Source: an uncultured Erysipelotrichaceae bacterium (lineage in GTDB: Bacteria; Bacillota_I; Bacilli_A; Erysipelotrichales; Erysipelotrichaceae). Taken from it: a stretch of 64,000 nt of DNA. The stretch lies in assembly GCA_964399545.1 (NCBI GenBank), contig CAYNRG010000004.1, forward strand, positions 16,735 through 80,734, read 5' to 3'. The first letter of the stretch is position 1. Each line of letters opens with the position of its first letter. A program made the translations under genes and the position numbers. The notes beneath the pieces are model-generated. The model made no database searches. It had not been told where the DNA came from and worked only from the letters and a program-made list of their open reading frames with translations. Below are positions 28,398 to 37,018 of the stretch, in pieces.

Positions 28398-28399
28398 TT

Positions 28400-30244
28400 T
28401 TAGATTAATAAATTTAGAAGTTCATCTAGAGATTGAACTGTCTCAAAAACTGCTTGTTTTTTAGGGTCACAAAGTGATTTGGTTAAATGGTCATAGAGAA
28501 TTTTTAAATTTTTCCTATCTTCTTTTTGAATAGCGATAAGAAAGACAATGGTTATTCTCTGAGTATCCCATTGAATTCCTGAAGGGTTAATTAGAACAAC
28601 AATTTTTGATTGATTCGCAAGACTTTCTAAAGCGTGGGGAATGGCGAAGTTGTTCATAAATGCAGTAGATGATAAGGATTCTCTTTTAATTACAGAGGGT
28701 AAAAAGTCAGAGTTGACAATAGCCTTTTTTAGTAATTGTTGATTTAAAAAATTCAAGCAACTTTCTTTTGTAGAATAAGAAGATTGAATGAAGAAAAGGC
28801 TTGGATCGAAGTGGGATTGTGCTAGTTTATGAAAGAAAAGATTATGTTGTTTTTCACTAAAAGAAAGAAGAGATTTAGTGAGGTTACTTTGATCTTGATG
28901 ATTAAAAAAAGGACTAAGATTGCATGTTGGAACATTAATAAAAGGAGGTAAGGATTCTGTAGTAACTAATAGATGATGACTAGAAATAGTTAAAATATCT
29001 GAACTCTCATAAATGGTGGAATAAGAGAGTTGGTGAGAATAAGATTGAATGTATTGAATTATTTTTTGTTCAAGGGATTTATTCTTAGAATAAATATAGA
29101 TAAAGTGGTCGGATAAAGGTGTGATTTCTTGGAAATATTTTTCAATTGAAAATCCAATGTGGATAGCAATAAGAGAGATATCTGGATCAGAAATTGAAAT
29201 TTTAAATTCCTGGGAAATTTCTTTGCAAATAGAAACAGCAATATCATAGATATAAAAACTATCATTTTTTATATTTAAAAATGAAGAAGTAATATGATTG
29301 TTGTTTTTATGACGCTGAATAAGATGATAAATATGTGTAGATAAGAAAGAAATGAACCCACTGCAGTCTACGTGGATAGAATAATCGCTGAAAACATCTA
29401 GAATAATCGCTTTAATTTTATTTGAAAATTCTGAGGAATAAGGTGTTGGGTTAAGGGTATTTCTAGCAATGCCGGATAAAGAAATATAAATATGCTCAGC
29501 GATATAATCATTTTCAATATTTAAAAGTGATGTAATAGAGCGAGAAAGATTCATTAAAGTAGGGTCCTTTACTGCGATTGAAGGTTGAAGATCTGATTCA
29601 GAGTAGGAATCAATAATTGAAAAAATTTGAATATATAAATTTTCTTTATAATTATTCGGAATGGAGTAATTAAATGATTCCAAAGAATTATCAACAGCAA
29701 GCTTTATTTTTTTAATATTTAATAAAGGGAAATAATTTTGGAGTGCATCAATATTATCAAAGGTAAAGAAAGCCTCTTTTTTTATAAGTTGAACAAGGAG
29801 TTTTCTTTTTGCATCAATGGTCCCTTCAAGAAGTAATTGATTTTTCTTTCGACGAATGAAAAGGTGGTAATAAGCTAATTCTTGATTTAGTTGTTTTACT
29901 CGATTTTGCAAAGCTGATGGAGATAAAAAGAAAAGGTCACAGAGCTCGTCAAAATAACAAGGAGAAAAATTGATGATGTGATGAAGTAGTTGCTGATTTG
30001 CTCTATCATCTTCTGCCTCAGTTGTAAGAGAATCAATTAAGTGAGTCAAGGTGTTATTAATATAATACCCTCGGTTATTAGAAAGAATGAGATTATTTTG
30101 AACTAAAAGGTTTAGCTGTGAAATTGAATTGCGAATAGTCTTTTCCGATAGATGGCAAAGTTTAGCTAAATCTTTGCACGTAATAATATCATTATTTAAA
30201 ATATGAAAGAGAAGAAGTTGTTCTCGCTTTGAAATTTTAATCAT
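28400..30244 (-). CDS. PRD-domain PTS-controlled transcriptional regulator (LicR/MtlR-like) with C-terminal EIIA(Mtl/Fru)-like domain
   Basis: N-terminal HTH (..ITCKDLAKLCHLSEKTIRNSISQL..), a central PRD-sized region, and a C-terminal EIIA-2-like segment with ..FAIPHA.. His. It is divergent from the PTS operon. Confidence 0.7.
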   Translation of the reverse strand: MIKISKREQLLLFHILNNDIITCKDLAKLCHLSEKTIRNSISQLNLLVQNNLILSNNRGYYINNTLTHLIDSLTTEAEDDRANQQLLHHIINFSPCYFDELCDLFFLSPSALQNRVKQLNQELAYYHLFIRRKKNQLLLEGTIDAKRKLLVQLIKKEAFFTFDNIDALQNYFPLLNIKKIKLAVDNSLESFNYSIPNNYKENLYIQIFSIIDSYSESDLQPSIAVKDPTLMNLSRSITSLLNIENDYIAEHIYISLSGIARNTLNPTPYSSEFSNKIKAIILDVFSDYSIHVDCSGFISFLSTHIYHLIQRHKNNNHITSSFLNIKNDSFYIYDIAVSICKEISQEFKISISDPDISLIAIHIGFSIEKYFQEITPLSDHFIYIYSKNKSLEQKIIQYIQSYSHQLSYSTIYESSDILTISSHHLLVTTESLPPFINVPTCNLSPFFNHQDQSNLTKSLLSFSEKQHNLFFHKLAQSHFDPSLFFIQSSYSTKESCLNFLNQQLLKKAIVNSDFLPSVIKRESLSSTAFMNNFAIPHALESLANQSKIVVLINPSGIQWDTQRITIVFLIAIQKEDRKNLKILYDHLTKSLCDPKKQAVFETVQSLDELLNLLI

Positions 30245-30384
30245 AAAGGACCTCCATTAATTAACTATAGTATATCAAGACTAAATCATTAATGAGGTTA
30301 AAAATTGCCAAGTGGTCGGTAATTTGGCGGTTGAAAAAGAGTGTATATTATAAAAAAATAGAGGTAGATAGGGAGGAGGTACAA

Positions 30385-30711
30385 ATGAAAAAAGAAGAGA
30401 TACAATACATGGCCTTTGAAATGATAGCAGATGCGGGCAATGCCATGAACAGTTATTACACCGCAATGATTCATTATCATCACCAAAGAATTCATGAAGC
30501 AGAACAAGCATTACAAGAGGGGAATGATTTTTTAGTTAAAACTCATCAAATACAAACAACATTGATTCAAGCAGAAGTGAATCAAGAAGAGATACCGTAT
30601 AGCTTAGTTATGACTCATGCTCAGGATCATTTGACAAATGCGATTAATTGGCAACGGTTATCGCAGTTATTTATTCAAGGATTGAAAAAAGGGGAGGAAA
30701 ACGATGAATAA
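30385..30711 (+). CDS. PTS lactose/cellobiose-family EIIA component
   Basis: About 108-aa helical protein (..MAFEMIADAGNA.., ..HAQDHL.. His). The start follows gggaggagg; the ORF-track 5' extension lacks an RBS. Confidence 0.85.
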   Translation: MKKEEIQYMAFEMIADAGNAMNSYYTAMIHYHHQRIHEAEQALQEGNDFLVKTHQIQTTLIQAEVNQEEIPYSLVMTHAQDHLTNAINWQRLSQLFIQGLKKGEENDE

Positions 30712-32032
30712 GTTTTTTAATAATCTTTCAGCAATGATTGAAAAATATTTAACACCCATCGCAGGGAAGTTAGCTCAAAATAAATATTTACAAACATTAT
30801 CAACAGCATTTATGAATACTTTACCAATTATTATGATTGGGTCCTTTGCTCTAATCTTATCAGAGCCATTTTTAGATTATACAACGATGAAAGAAACAGA
30901 GTTATTTTATAATTTTTTTAAAGGGTGGAGTAATCTATCTGTGATTATAGGTCCGCATTTAGATTTCTTATTTTCAGCAACACTTGGAAGTCAGTCGATT
31001 TACATTACCTTATCCATTGCCTATACAAGTGCTATTAAAAATAAATTAAATATTTTTCATACTATGATTGTGGCATTTATTTCATTCATTGTAGTAAATA
31101 GTACGTTTGTAGGATGGGATTGGAGTGCAGCATATTTTGGAGGAACAGGGCTTTTTTCAGCGATTCTAACGGCCTTCATTGCAGTAGAAATGTATCGTTG
31201 GCTAGTTGAAAAGAAGGTAGGTTATATTAAGATGCCACCTGCAGTTCCACCGTCACTAAAAGAGTCTATTGGGCTTTTAGCTCCGATTGCTTTGATTTTG
31301 ATAGGTGCAACAGTAGTGAGAGCTTTTTTAGCAATTGGATTTGATACATCATTACCTGAGTTGATGATGTCAATAGGAACTCCGCTAAATATGGCGGTAG
31401 ATTCTATTTTAGGAATTTCGATAGCATCAACATTTTCTCAAATAGGATGGTGGTTTGGAATTCATAGTAGTGCAATTTTATCAGTGGTAATGCCATCGTT
31501 TGATGCTAATTTACTACAAAATGCAACCGACTTTTCTCGAGGTATTCCGTTTGATCAACTTCAGAGGATAGTTACAGGGCCATTTTATTTTAACTTTGTT
31601 GCTATTGGTGGAGGAGGAGCAACTTTTGGATTAGTTCTAATGATGATTAGAAGTAAATCTCAGCAAATAAAAACTGTAGGTAGGCTAGCTTTAGTTCCAG
31701 GAATTTTTGGAATTAATGAGCCGGTATTGTTTGGGTTGCCTATTGTATTAAATCCCATTTTCTTAATTCCATTTTTGTTGTCACATGTTGTCAATATTGT
31801 TGTTTGTTATGCAACAATGCAACTTGGGTTTATTAATAAAACAATTATTGAGGTTAGTTCGACAGCGCCTATTGGAATTGGTCCGATGTTATCCAATTTA
31901 GATTGGCGATCATTAGTTTTAACAGGCGCATTGATTTTCCTAGATATTCTAGTTTATTATCCATTCTTTAAAATGTTTGAAAAACAAAAATTAGTTGAAG
32001 AGATGGAAGAAATGGAGGTTATAGAAGGATGA
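30704..32032 (+). CDS. PTS lactose/cellobiose-family EIIC permease
   Basis: 442 aa, polytopic, with family-typical segments (..LTPIAGKLAQNKYLQ.., ..GINEPVLFGLPIVLNP..). Confidence 0.9.
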   Translation: MNKFFNNLSAMIEKYLTPIAGKLAQNKYLQTLSTAFMNTLPIIMIGSFALILSEPFLDYTTMKETELFYNFFKGWSNLSVIIGPHLDFLFSATLGSQSIYITLSIAYTSAIKNKLNIFHTMIVAFISFIVVNSTFVGWDWSAAYFGGTGLFSAILTAFIAVEMYRWLVEKKVGYIKMPPAVPPSLKESIGLLAPIALILIGATVVRAFLAIGFDTSLPELMMSIGTPLNMAVDSILGISIASTFSQIGWWFGIHSSAILSVVMPSFDANLLQNATDFSRGIPFDQLQRIVTGPFYFNFVAIGGGGATFGLVLMMIRSKSQQIKTVGRLALVPGIFGINEPVLFGLPIVLNPIFLIPFLLSHVVNIVVCYATMQLGFINKTIIEVSSTAPIGIGPMLSNLDWRSLVLTGALIFLDILVYYPFFKMFEKQKLVEEMEEMEVIEG

Positions 32033-32337
32033 GAGTGATGTTGATTTGTCAAGCAGGGTTAAGTACGGGAATTATGAAAGAGAAAATTAAGGAAGCTGCT
32101 AAAAAAGAAGGGAAAGAAATCGAAATGCAAGCGGTAGGATTGGACTCATTTGAGCCATTAATTCCAGATTGCGACTTTATTTTATTGGGCCCACAAATTA
32201 AATATGCAGAAAAAAATATAAGAAAAGTAGTTCAAAATAGAGTTCCTGTCATGATGATTGAATCTATTGATTTTGGTAGGATGCAGGGGGAAGTAGTATA
32301 TAAAAAAATGATGAATGTTGTTCATCAAGGAGAGTAG
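32029..32337 (+). CDS. PTS lactose/cellobiose-family EIIB component
   Basis: 102 aa with the N-terminal MLICQAGLSTG active-site Cys motif. Confidence 0.85.
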   Translation: MRVMLICQAGLSTGIMKEKIKEAAKKEGKEIEMQAVGLDSFEPLIPDCDFILLGPQIKYAEKNIRKVVQNRVPVMMIESIDFGRMQGEVVYKKMMNVVHQGE

Positions 32338-32341
32338 AAAA

Positions 32342-33784
32342 ATGAAAGTATGGATGGGTTTCTTTAATTCTGAGTCGAATCAACATGCAACACAATTGAT
32401 GGATAAAGAAAATTTTATTTATAAAGAAGGGAATCAACTAATTCAAGCGATGCATACTGAAGAAATTTTTAGAAAAGAAAAAATTGAGATAATTCCAGGA
32501 TTTTATGCGAATGGTCACCCCGCAGGTTTGGTAACAAAGAGGGCCTTCGATTATATTTTTCAAAAATTTAAAAGTAGTATTCAAGAGAATGAGGATGAGA
32601 TAGATGCTATTTTCATCTATCTGCATGGTGGCAGCAAGGTTCAAGGATTGATCGGAGATTCGGCAGAACATGCATTATTATCAATGATTCGTGAAGAGGT
32701 GGGATGCTATATGCCAATTGCTGTGGTGATGGATCCTCACAGTAATTTAAGTGAACCCTTCGTGAAACAAGCGAATATTTTAAGGTGTTATCGTCACTCA
32801 CCTCATACAGATATAAAGGAGACCTATGAGTTTGTCGCAAAGAAGTTGTGTAAGTTGATGCGACAGCGGAAGAAAATTACACCTGCCTTCTATAAATTGC
32901 CGATGATTCTAGGGGGAGAAAAAAGTGTTACTACTGATGAGCCGATGATTACTATTAATAATTATTTGGATGAATTAGAAAAAGAGGAACGAATTCAATC
33001 TATTTCTTTTCATGTAGGATATTTACGTCATGATTCCGATAAATTAGGATGTTCGATTGTTGTAGTTCCAGAAAAAGAAGAAGATTTTTCATTTGCAGAA
33101 GAAGTAGCAAATAAAGCGGCTCATTTTATTCTAGAACGCAAAGAACAGTTTCATTATCATGGGAAAACTGCAACGCTTGAAGAAGCGATTGAAATGTCAT
33201 TAAATTGTGAAGGGAGTCCCTTTTTTATAACTGATTCCGGTGATAATTGTGGTGCAGGAGCGGATGGTTTTAATACAACCTTCCTTCATCAATTTTATGA
33301 AAGAAAAGAAATTTTAACAAAAAATATTTTGATTAGTGGAATTATCGATTTTGAAAATTATTCCTTGCTGAAGGAAAAAGCAGTAGGAGATGAAGTTCAG
33401 TTTCGATTAGGGATGAATAAAGATGAGAGATCTAAGCCTTTTCCTTTAGTAGGAAAGTTAATTGCTAAAGGGTGGATAGATCAAGAGTATGTTGGGAAAG
33501 AAAAAGGTCAGTCCTTAGCAATCAAGTTAAAAGATGCACCAATTACGGTGGTGGTTGAAGGAGAGTCGATTAGTTATACAGAGTTAGAGCAATTGGAATT
33601 GCTAGAGATTAATTGGAAAAACTATGATATTTTTGTAGTTAAACAAGGGTATCTATCTCCTGATTTTAAAAAAATCTGCTCAGACTACGTAATGGCTCTA
33701 ACAGAGGGAGATACAAATCAGCGCACTGAAAACTTGATTTTCAAAAAAATTATGCGTCCAATATTCCCATATGACAAAATATAG
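32342..33784 (+). CDS. M81-family (MlrC-like, DUF1485 plus MlrC_C) putative metallopeptidase
   Basis: N-terminal ..GFFNSESNQH.. resembles the GF.HE.NTF motif of the family. Length of about 480 aa and ..HG...V.. / ..D.H.N.. segments fit. No search was run, so the call is moderate. Confidence 0.55.
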   Translation: MKVWMGFFNSESNQHATQLMDKENFIYKEGNQLIQAMHTEEIFRKEKIEIIPGFYANGHPAGLVTKRAFDYIFQKFKSSIQENEDEIDAIFIYLHGGSKVQGLIGDSAEHALLSMIREEVGCYMPIAVVMDPHSNLSEPFVKQANILRCYRHSPHTDIKETYEFVAKKLCKLMRQRKKITPAFYKLPMILGGEKSVTTDEPMITINNYLDELEKEERIQSISFHVGYLRHDSDKLGCSIVVVPEKEEDFSFAEEVANKAAHFILERKEQFHYHGKTATLEEAIEMSLNCEGSPFFITDSGDNCGAGADGFNTTFLHQFYERKEILTKNILISGIIDFENYSLLKEKAVGDEVQFRLGMNKDERSKPFPLVGKLIAKGWIDQEYVGKEKGQSLAIKLKDAPITVVVEGESISYTELEQLELLEINWKNYDIFVVKQGYLSPDFKKICSDYVMALTEGDTNQRTENLIFKKIMRPIFPYDKI

Positions 33785-34916
33785 TAAAGAAGTTCAAGTT
33801 AGCATTGTATTGATTATATTTTCATTTATTTTAACAACATTTGAATCTAGTATGGTTATGCCGATGGGCCCGATTATTACTAGTCAGTATCTTTTATCAG
33901 GGGCAACAATTACTTATTTGAATTTAGGATTTAATCTAGCCGGGTTATTTACACCAGTTATGGGCTATTTTTCAGATAAATATAGTGCAAAGAAAGCTTT
34001 AATTGCAGGTATGCTATTTTTTAGTTTCGGTTGTTTTATTGTTAGTTTCAATCAGCTGTGGTCCTATGTGATTGGTCGATTTGTTTTAGGTGTTGGATAT
34101 TATAGCCTTTTGACCCTTCGCTTTGCTTACACCAGTAAGATTGTAGATTCTAGCAGCTTAAGTAGAGTATCGGGATATTATAAAGTAGCCTTTGCAATTG
34201 GAGCGATTCTTTCACCCTATGGTGGGAAGTTTTTACTAGACTATTTTTCTTTTCAGACGATCTATTTGATAATTGGTTTTATCTCTTTGGTACTAACCTT
34301 AGCGATGGGGCGACTTGTAGAGGCTAGGAAAGAAGAACGAATAGTAAATCTAGGTATAATTATTAACTTGGTGAAAGAGAAAAGAGCACAGCTTGCTTTT
34401 TTAGCTAGTCTATTCATTTCGCTGCCAACAATTTTCTTTTACACTTATGCCAGTGTATTTCTATCTGGTTTAGGGAAAACAAGTGGAGAAATATCTCTTT
34501 ATTATACAATGGCTTCTTTAGGGTCAGTTCTAGCTGGTTTTTTACTTTCTTCCAAAAATCAAAAATTAGATATTTACCGTATTCCAGTTCTTTTTAGCGT
34601 TGGGGCTGCTATTAGCTTAATGGGAGTTTCATTCTTCCCAATAGCGCTATTACCTGCATTCTTTTTTGGGCTATGCTTTGATATGTTGTGGGGAGTTTTT
34701 TATCCTTCGTGTTCACTATACTTTGCGAAAGAAAGTGCGATTTTCTTGACAGTGTTAGGAATGTTGAATGCAGGAATAAATTTGATCAGTGCGTTAGTCG
34801 CACCAACGTTATTTGTGACTATTGGATATTCAATGCTGATTTTTATTTGCGCGTGCGGGCTATATTTTGCTAGTATATTAATAAAGGCATCTCAAAAAGG
34901 ATTAAAGGAGGGATAA
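33771..34916 (+). CDS. MFS transporter
   Basis: 12 predicted TM helices in a 6+6 layout. It overlaps the upstream gene by 14 nt. Confidence 0.7.
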   Translation: MTKYSKEVQVSIVLIIFSFILTTFESSMVMPMGPIITSQYLLSGATITYLNLGFNLAGLFTPVMGYFSDKYSAKKALIAGMLFFSFGCFIVSFNQLWSYVIGRFVLGVGYYSLLTLRFAYTSKIVDSSSLSRVSGYYKVAFAIGAILSPYGGKFLLDYFSFQTIYLIIGFISLVLTLAMGRLVEARKEERIVNLGIIINLVKEKRAQLAFLASLFISLPTIFFYTYASVFLSGLGKTSGEISLYYTMASLGSVLAGFLLSSKNQKLDIYRIPVLFSVGAAISLMGVSFFPIALLPAFFFGLCFDMLWGVFYPSCSLYFAKESAIFLTVLGMLNAGINLISALVAPTLFVTIGYSMLIFICACGLYFASILIKASQKGLKEG

Positions 34917-34918
34917 AC

Positions 34919-35677
34919 ATGAATCAGATTTTATTAGAAGTTTGTTGCGGAAGTTATAAAGATTGTTTAATTGCAAAAAAGGCAGGAGCAACCCGAGTAG
35001 AATTAAATTCAGCTCTATCTTTAGGTGGATTAACACCAACAATAGCAACTGTTCGGCGCGTTAAAGCAGAGACGTCATTATCGGTTATGGTTATGATACG
35101 ATCTCGTGGAGCGGGTTTTTGCTATAGTGATGAAGAGTTTTCAATTATGTTGGAGGATGCAAAAGAAATGCTCGATGCAGGCGCCGATGGAATTGTATTT
35201 GGTTGTTTAACTTCAGATGCTCAAATTCAGTTGGATCAAACCAAAACAATGATCGAGCTAATTAAAAGCTATGGAAGAGAAGTAGTTATTCACAGAGCCT
35301 TTGATTGTATTGAAGATTCAAAAGTTGCTATAGAAACTTATATTGAATTGGGTGTAGACCGTATTTTAACAGCTGGGAAAAGGAAAACAGCGATAGATGG
35401 GATAGAGGAAATAGCAAATTTGCAGTCTACCTATGGCAATCAAATTGAAATTTTACCTGGTAGTGGCTTAAACGAAAAGAATATAGTTTCATTTTTAGAA
35501 AAAACTAAATGTACACAAGTACACTCTTCGTGCAAGGGATATGGAATGGATCCGACAACAAGCATGAAGCATTTTGGCTTTTCATATTTACAAGAAGGGG
35601 ATTTTGAACAAACCGATGAGCAAAAGATAATTCAACTTTTAAAAACTCTTGAAAAGGTCAGTAATCATTTATTTTAA
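34919..35677 (+). CDS. cutC: CutC-family TIM-barrel protein
   Basis: Characteristic N-terminus (LLEVCCGSYKDCLIAKKAGATRVELNSALSLGGLTP) and ..HRAFD...D. Confidence 0.85.
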   Translation: MNQILLEVCCGSYKDCLIAKKAGATRVELNSALSLGGLTPTIATVRRVKAETSLSVMVMIRSRGAGFCYSDEEFSIMLEDAKEMLDAGADGIVFGCLTSDAQIQLDQTKTMIELIKSYGREVVIHRAFDCIEDSKVAIETYIELGVDRILTAGKRKTAIDGIEEIANLQSTYGNQIEILPGSGLNEKNIVSFLEKTKCTQVHSSCKGYGMDPTTSMKHFGFSYLQEGDFEQTDEQKIIQLLKTLEKVSNHLF

Positions 35678-35708
35678 TGATTGTTCTTTACAAACTCTAG
35701 CTTAATTT

Positions 35709-35716
35709 TGTATAAT
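35709..35716 (+). promoter_or_regulatory. Extended -10 promoter element (TGtATAAT) for the pheST leader
   Basis: tgtataat sits about 12-20 nt upstream of the first T-box stem. A TTTACA hexamer lies at 35686-35691, but the spacing is 19 nt. Confidence 0.45.
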
Positions 35717-35727
35717 AAAAGCAGTAA

Positions 35728-35949
35728 AGCGAAATGAAGGACTAGTAATAAGGTAATATTTGCCAAGAGAGAGGGACGTTAAGCTGAAAGTCACTTGCAG
35801 AAATTCTTATGAATTCACCTTTATAGTGGAAGTAATGACTCCCGGGGAGAAAGCCTCGTTATCAAGAAAGTGAGAGCATCTGTTTTTTGGATGAATCAGG
35901 ATGGTACCGCGACAACAATCGTTCCTGTTATTAACAGGAGCGTTTTTTA
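35728..35949 (+). ncRNA. T-box leader, Phe specifier (UUC), with terminator
   Basis: Stem I elements (agaga/agta), a specifier-loop gaaTTCa at 35814-35816, the conserved T-box AAUCAGGAUGGUACCGCG at 35894-35911, and a terminator cgttcctgtt-attaa-caggagcg followed by tttttt. It lies upstream of pheS (Rfam RF00230 class). Confidence 0.9.
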
Positions 35950-35962
35950 TTTAAAAGAGAGG

Positions 35963-37006
35963 ATGAACATTGTGGAAAAAGTAAGAGTAGTAAAAGAAGA
36001 AGCTCTTCAAAGAATTGAAGATTGTTTGGAGATGGAGGATTTACAAAAAATACGAGTAATGTATTTGGGGAAAAAGGGACCTGTACAAGAATTAATGTTG
36101 TTGATGAAAGATTTATCGGCAGAAGAAAAACCTATTTTAGGACAAGAAGTCAATAGTTGTAAGCAAGCTATTGCAAAAGCAATTGAGGAAAAGCAAGAAA
36201 CTCTTTCAATGAAAGAAATGAGTGAAAAATTAGAGAAAGAAAAGATTGACATTACATTACCAGGAGTACAGATGACTATTGGAACTCTTCATCCTTTAAC
36301 AATTGTGAGTCAAGAAATTGAAGATTTATATGTTGGCTTAGGTTATACGGTGGAAGAAGGACCAGAAGTAGAGTTGGATTTGTATAATTTTGAGCGTGCT
36401 AATATTCCTGCAGATCATCCAGCAAGAGATATGCAAGATACTTTTTATATTAACGTGAAGGAATTGTTAAGAACACATACTACAGCAATTCAAACTAGAA
36501 AGTTAGAAGAAGCTAATGGACAAACTCCTGTAAAAGTAATTTGCCCAGGTAAGGTTTATCGTCGTGACGATGATGATGCAACCCATTCTCACCAATTTAT
36601 GCAAGCAGAAGGTTTGGTTGTTGGTGAAAAAATTACATTATCTGATTTAAAAGGGACTCTTCAATTTATGGCAGATCGTTTATTTGGTAAAGGGAGAAAT
36701 ATTCGCTTTAGACCTTCCTATTTTCAATTTACAGAGCCATCAGTAGAGGTTGATGTTAGCTGTCATATTTGTGATGGGAAAGGATGTTCTATTTGTAAAG
36801 GAAGTGGATGGATTGAAATTTTAGGTGCAGGAATGGTTCATCCAAGTGTTCTTGAGATGGCGGGATTTGATAGTGAAAAATGTAGTGGTTTTGCATTTGG
36901 AATAGGAATAGAGCGAGTAGCTATGTTGAAATATGGTATAGATGATATCCGTAATTTTTACACGAATGATAAACAGTTTTTGAAGATGTTTAATCGATTT
37001 GATTAG
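35963..37006 (+). CDS. pheS: Phenylalanine--tRNA ligase alpha subunit
   Basis: Class II aaRS motifs (..[11 protein letters not shown].., ..[12 protein letters not shown].., ..[13 protein letters not shown]..). The start lies after the T-box terminator (aagagagg RBS). Confidence 0.95.
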   Translation: MNIVEKVRVVKEEALQRIEDCLEMEDLQKIRVMYLGKKGPVQELMLLMKDLSAEEKPILGQEVNSCKQAIAKAIEEKQETLSMKEMSEKLEKEKIDITLPGVQMTIGTLHPLTIVSQEIEDLYVGLGYTVEEGPEVELDLYNFERANIPADHPARDMQDTFYINVKELLRTHTTAIQTRKLEEANGQTPVKVICPGKVYRRDDDDATHSHQFMQAEGLVVGEKITLSDLKGTLQFMADRLFGKGRNIRFRPSYFQFTEPSVEVDVSCHICDGKGCSICKGSGWIEILGAGMVHPSVLEMAGFDSEKCSGFAFGIGIERVAMLKYGIDDIRNFYTNDKQFLKMFNRFD

Positions 37007-37018
37007 GAGGAGAAGAAA

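Noticed and set aside
30292-30384. 5' extension of the PTS EIIA ORF, plus antisense ORFs at 30281-30511
   Set aside because: There is no RBS. The conserved EIIA sequence starts at ATG 30385, behind gggaggagg. The region is the divergent promoter space shared with the regulator gene.
35870-35962. 5' extension of the pheS ORF in the track (start at 35870)
   Set aside because: The extension runs through the T-box sequence and its terminator hairpin. The real start is ATG 35963, behind an RBS.
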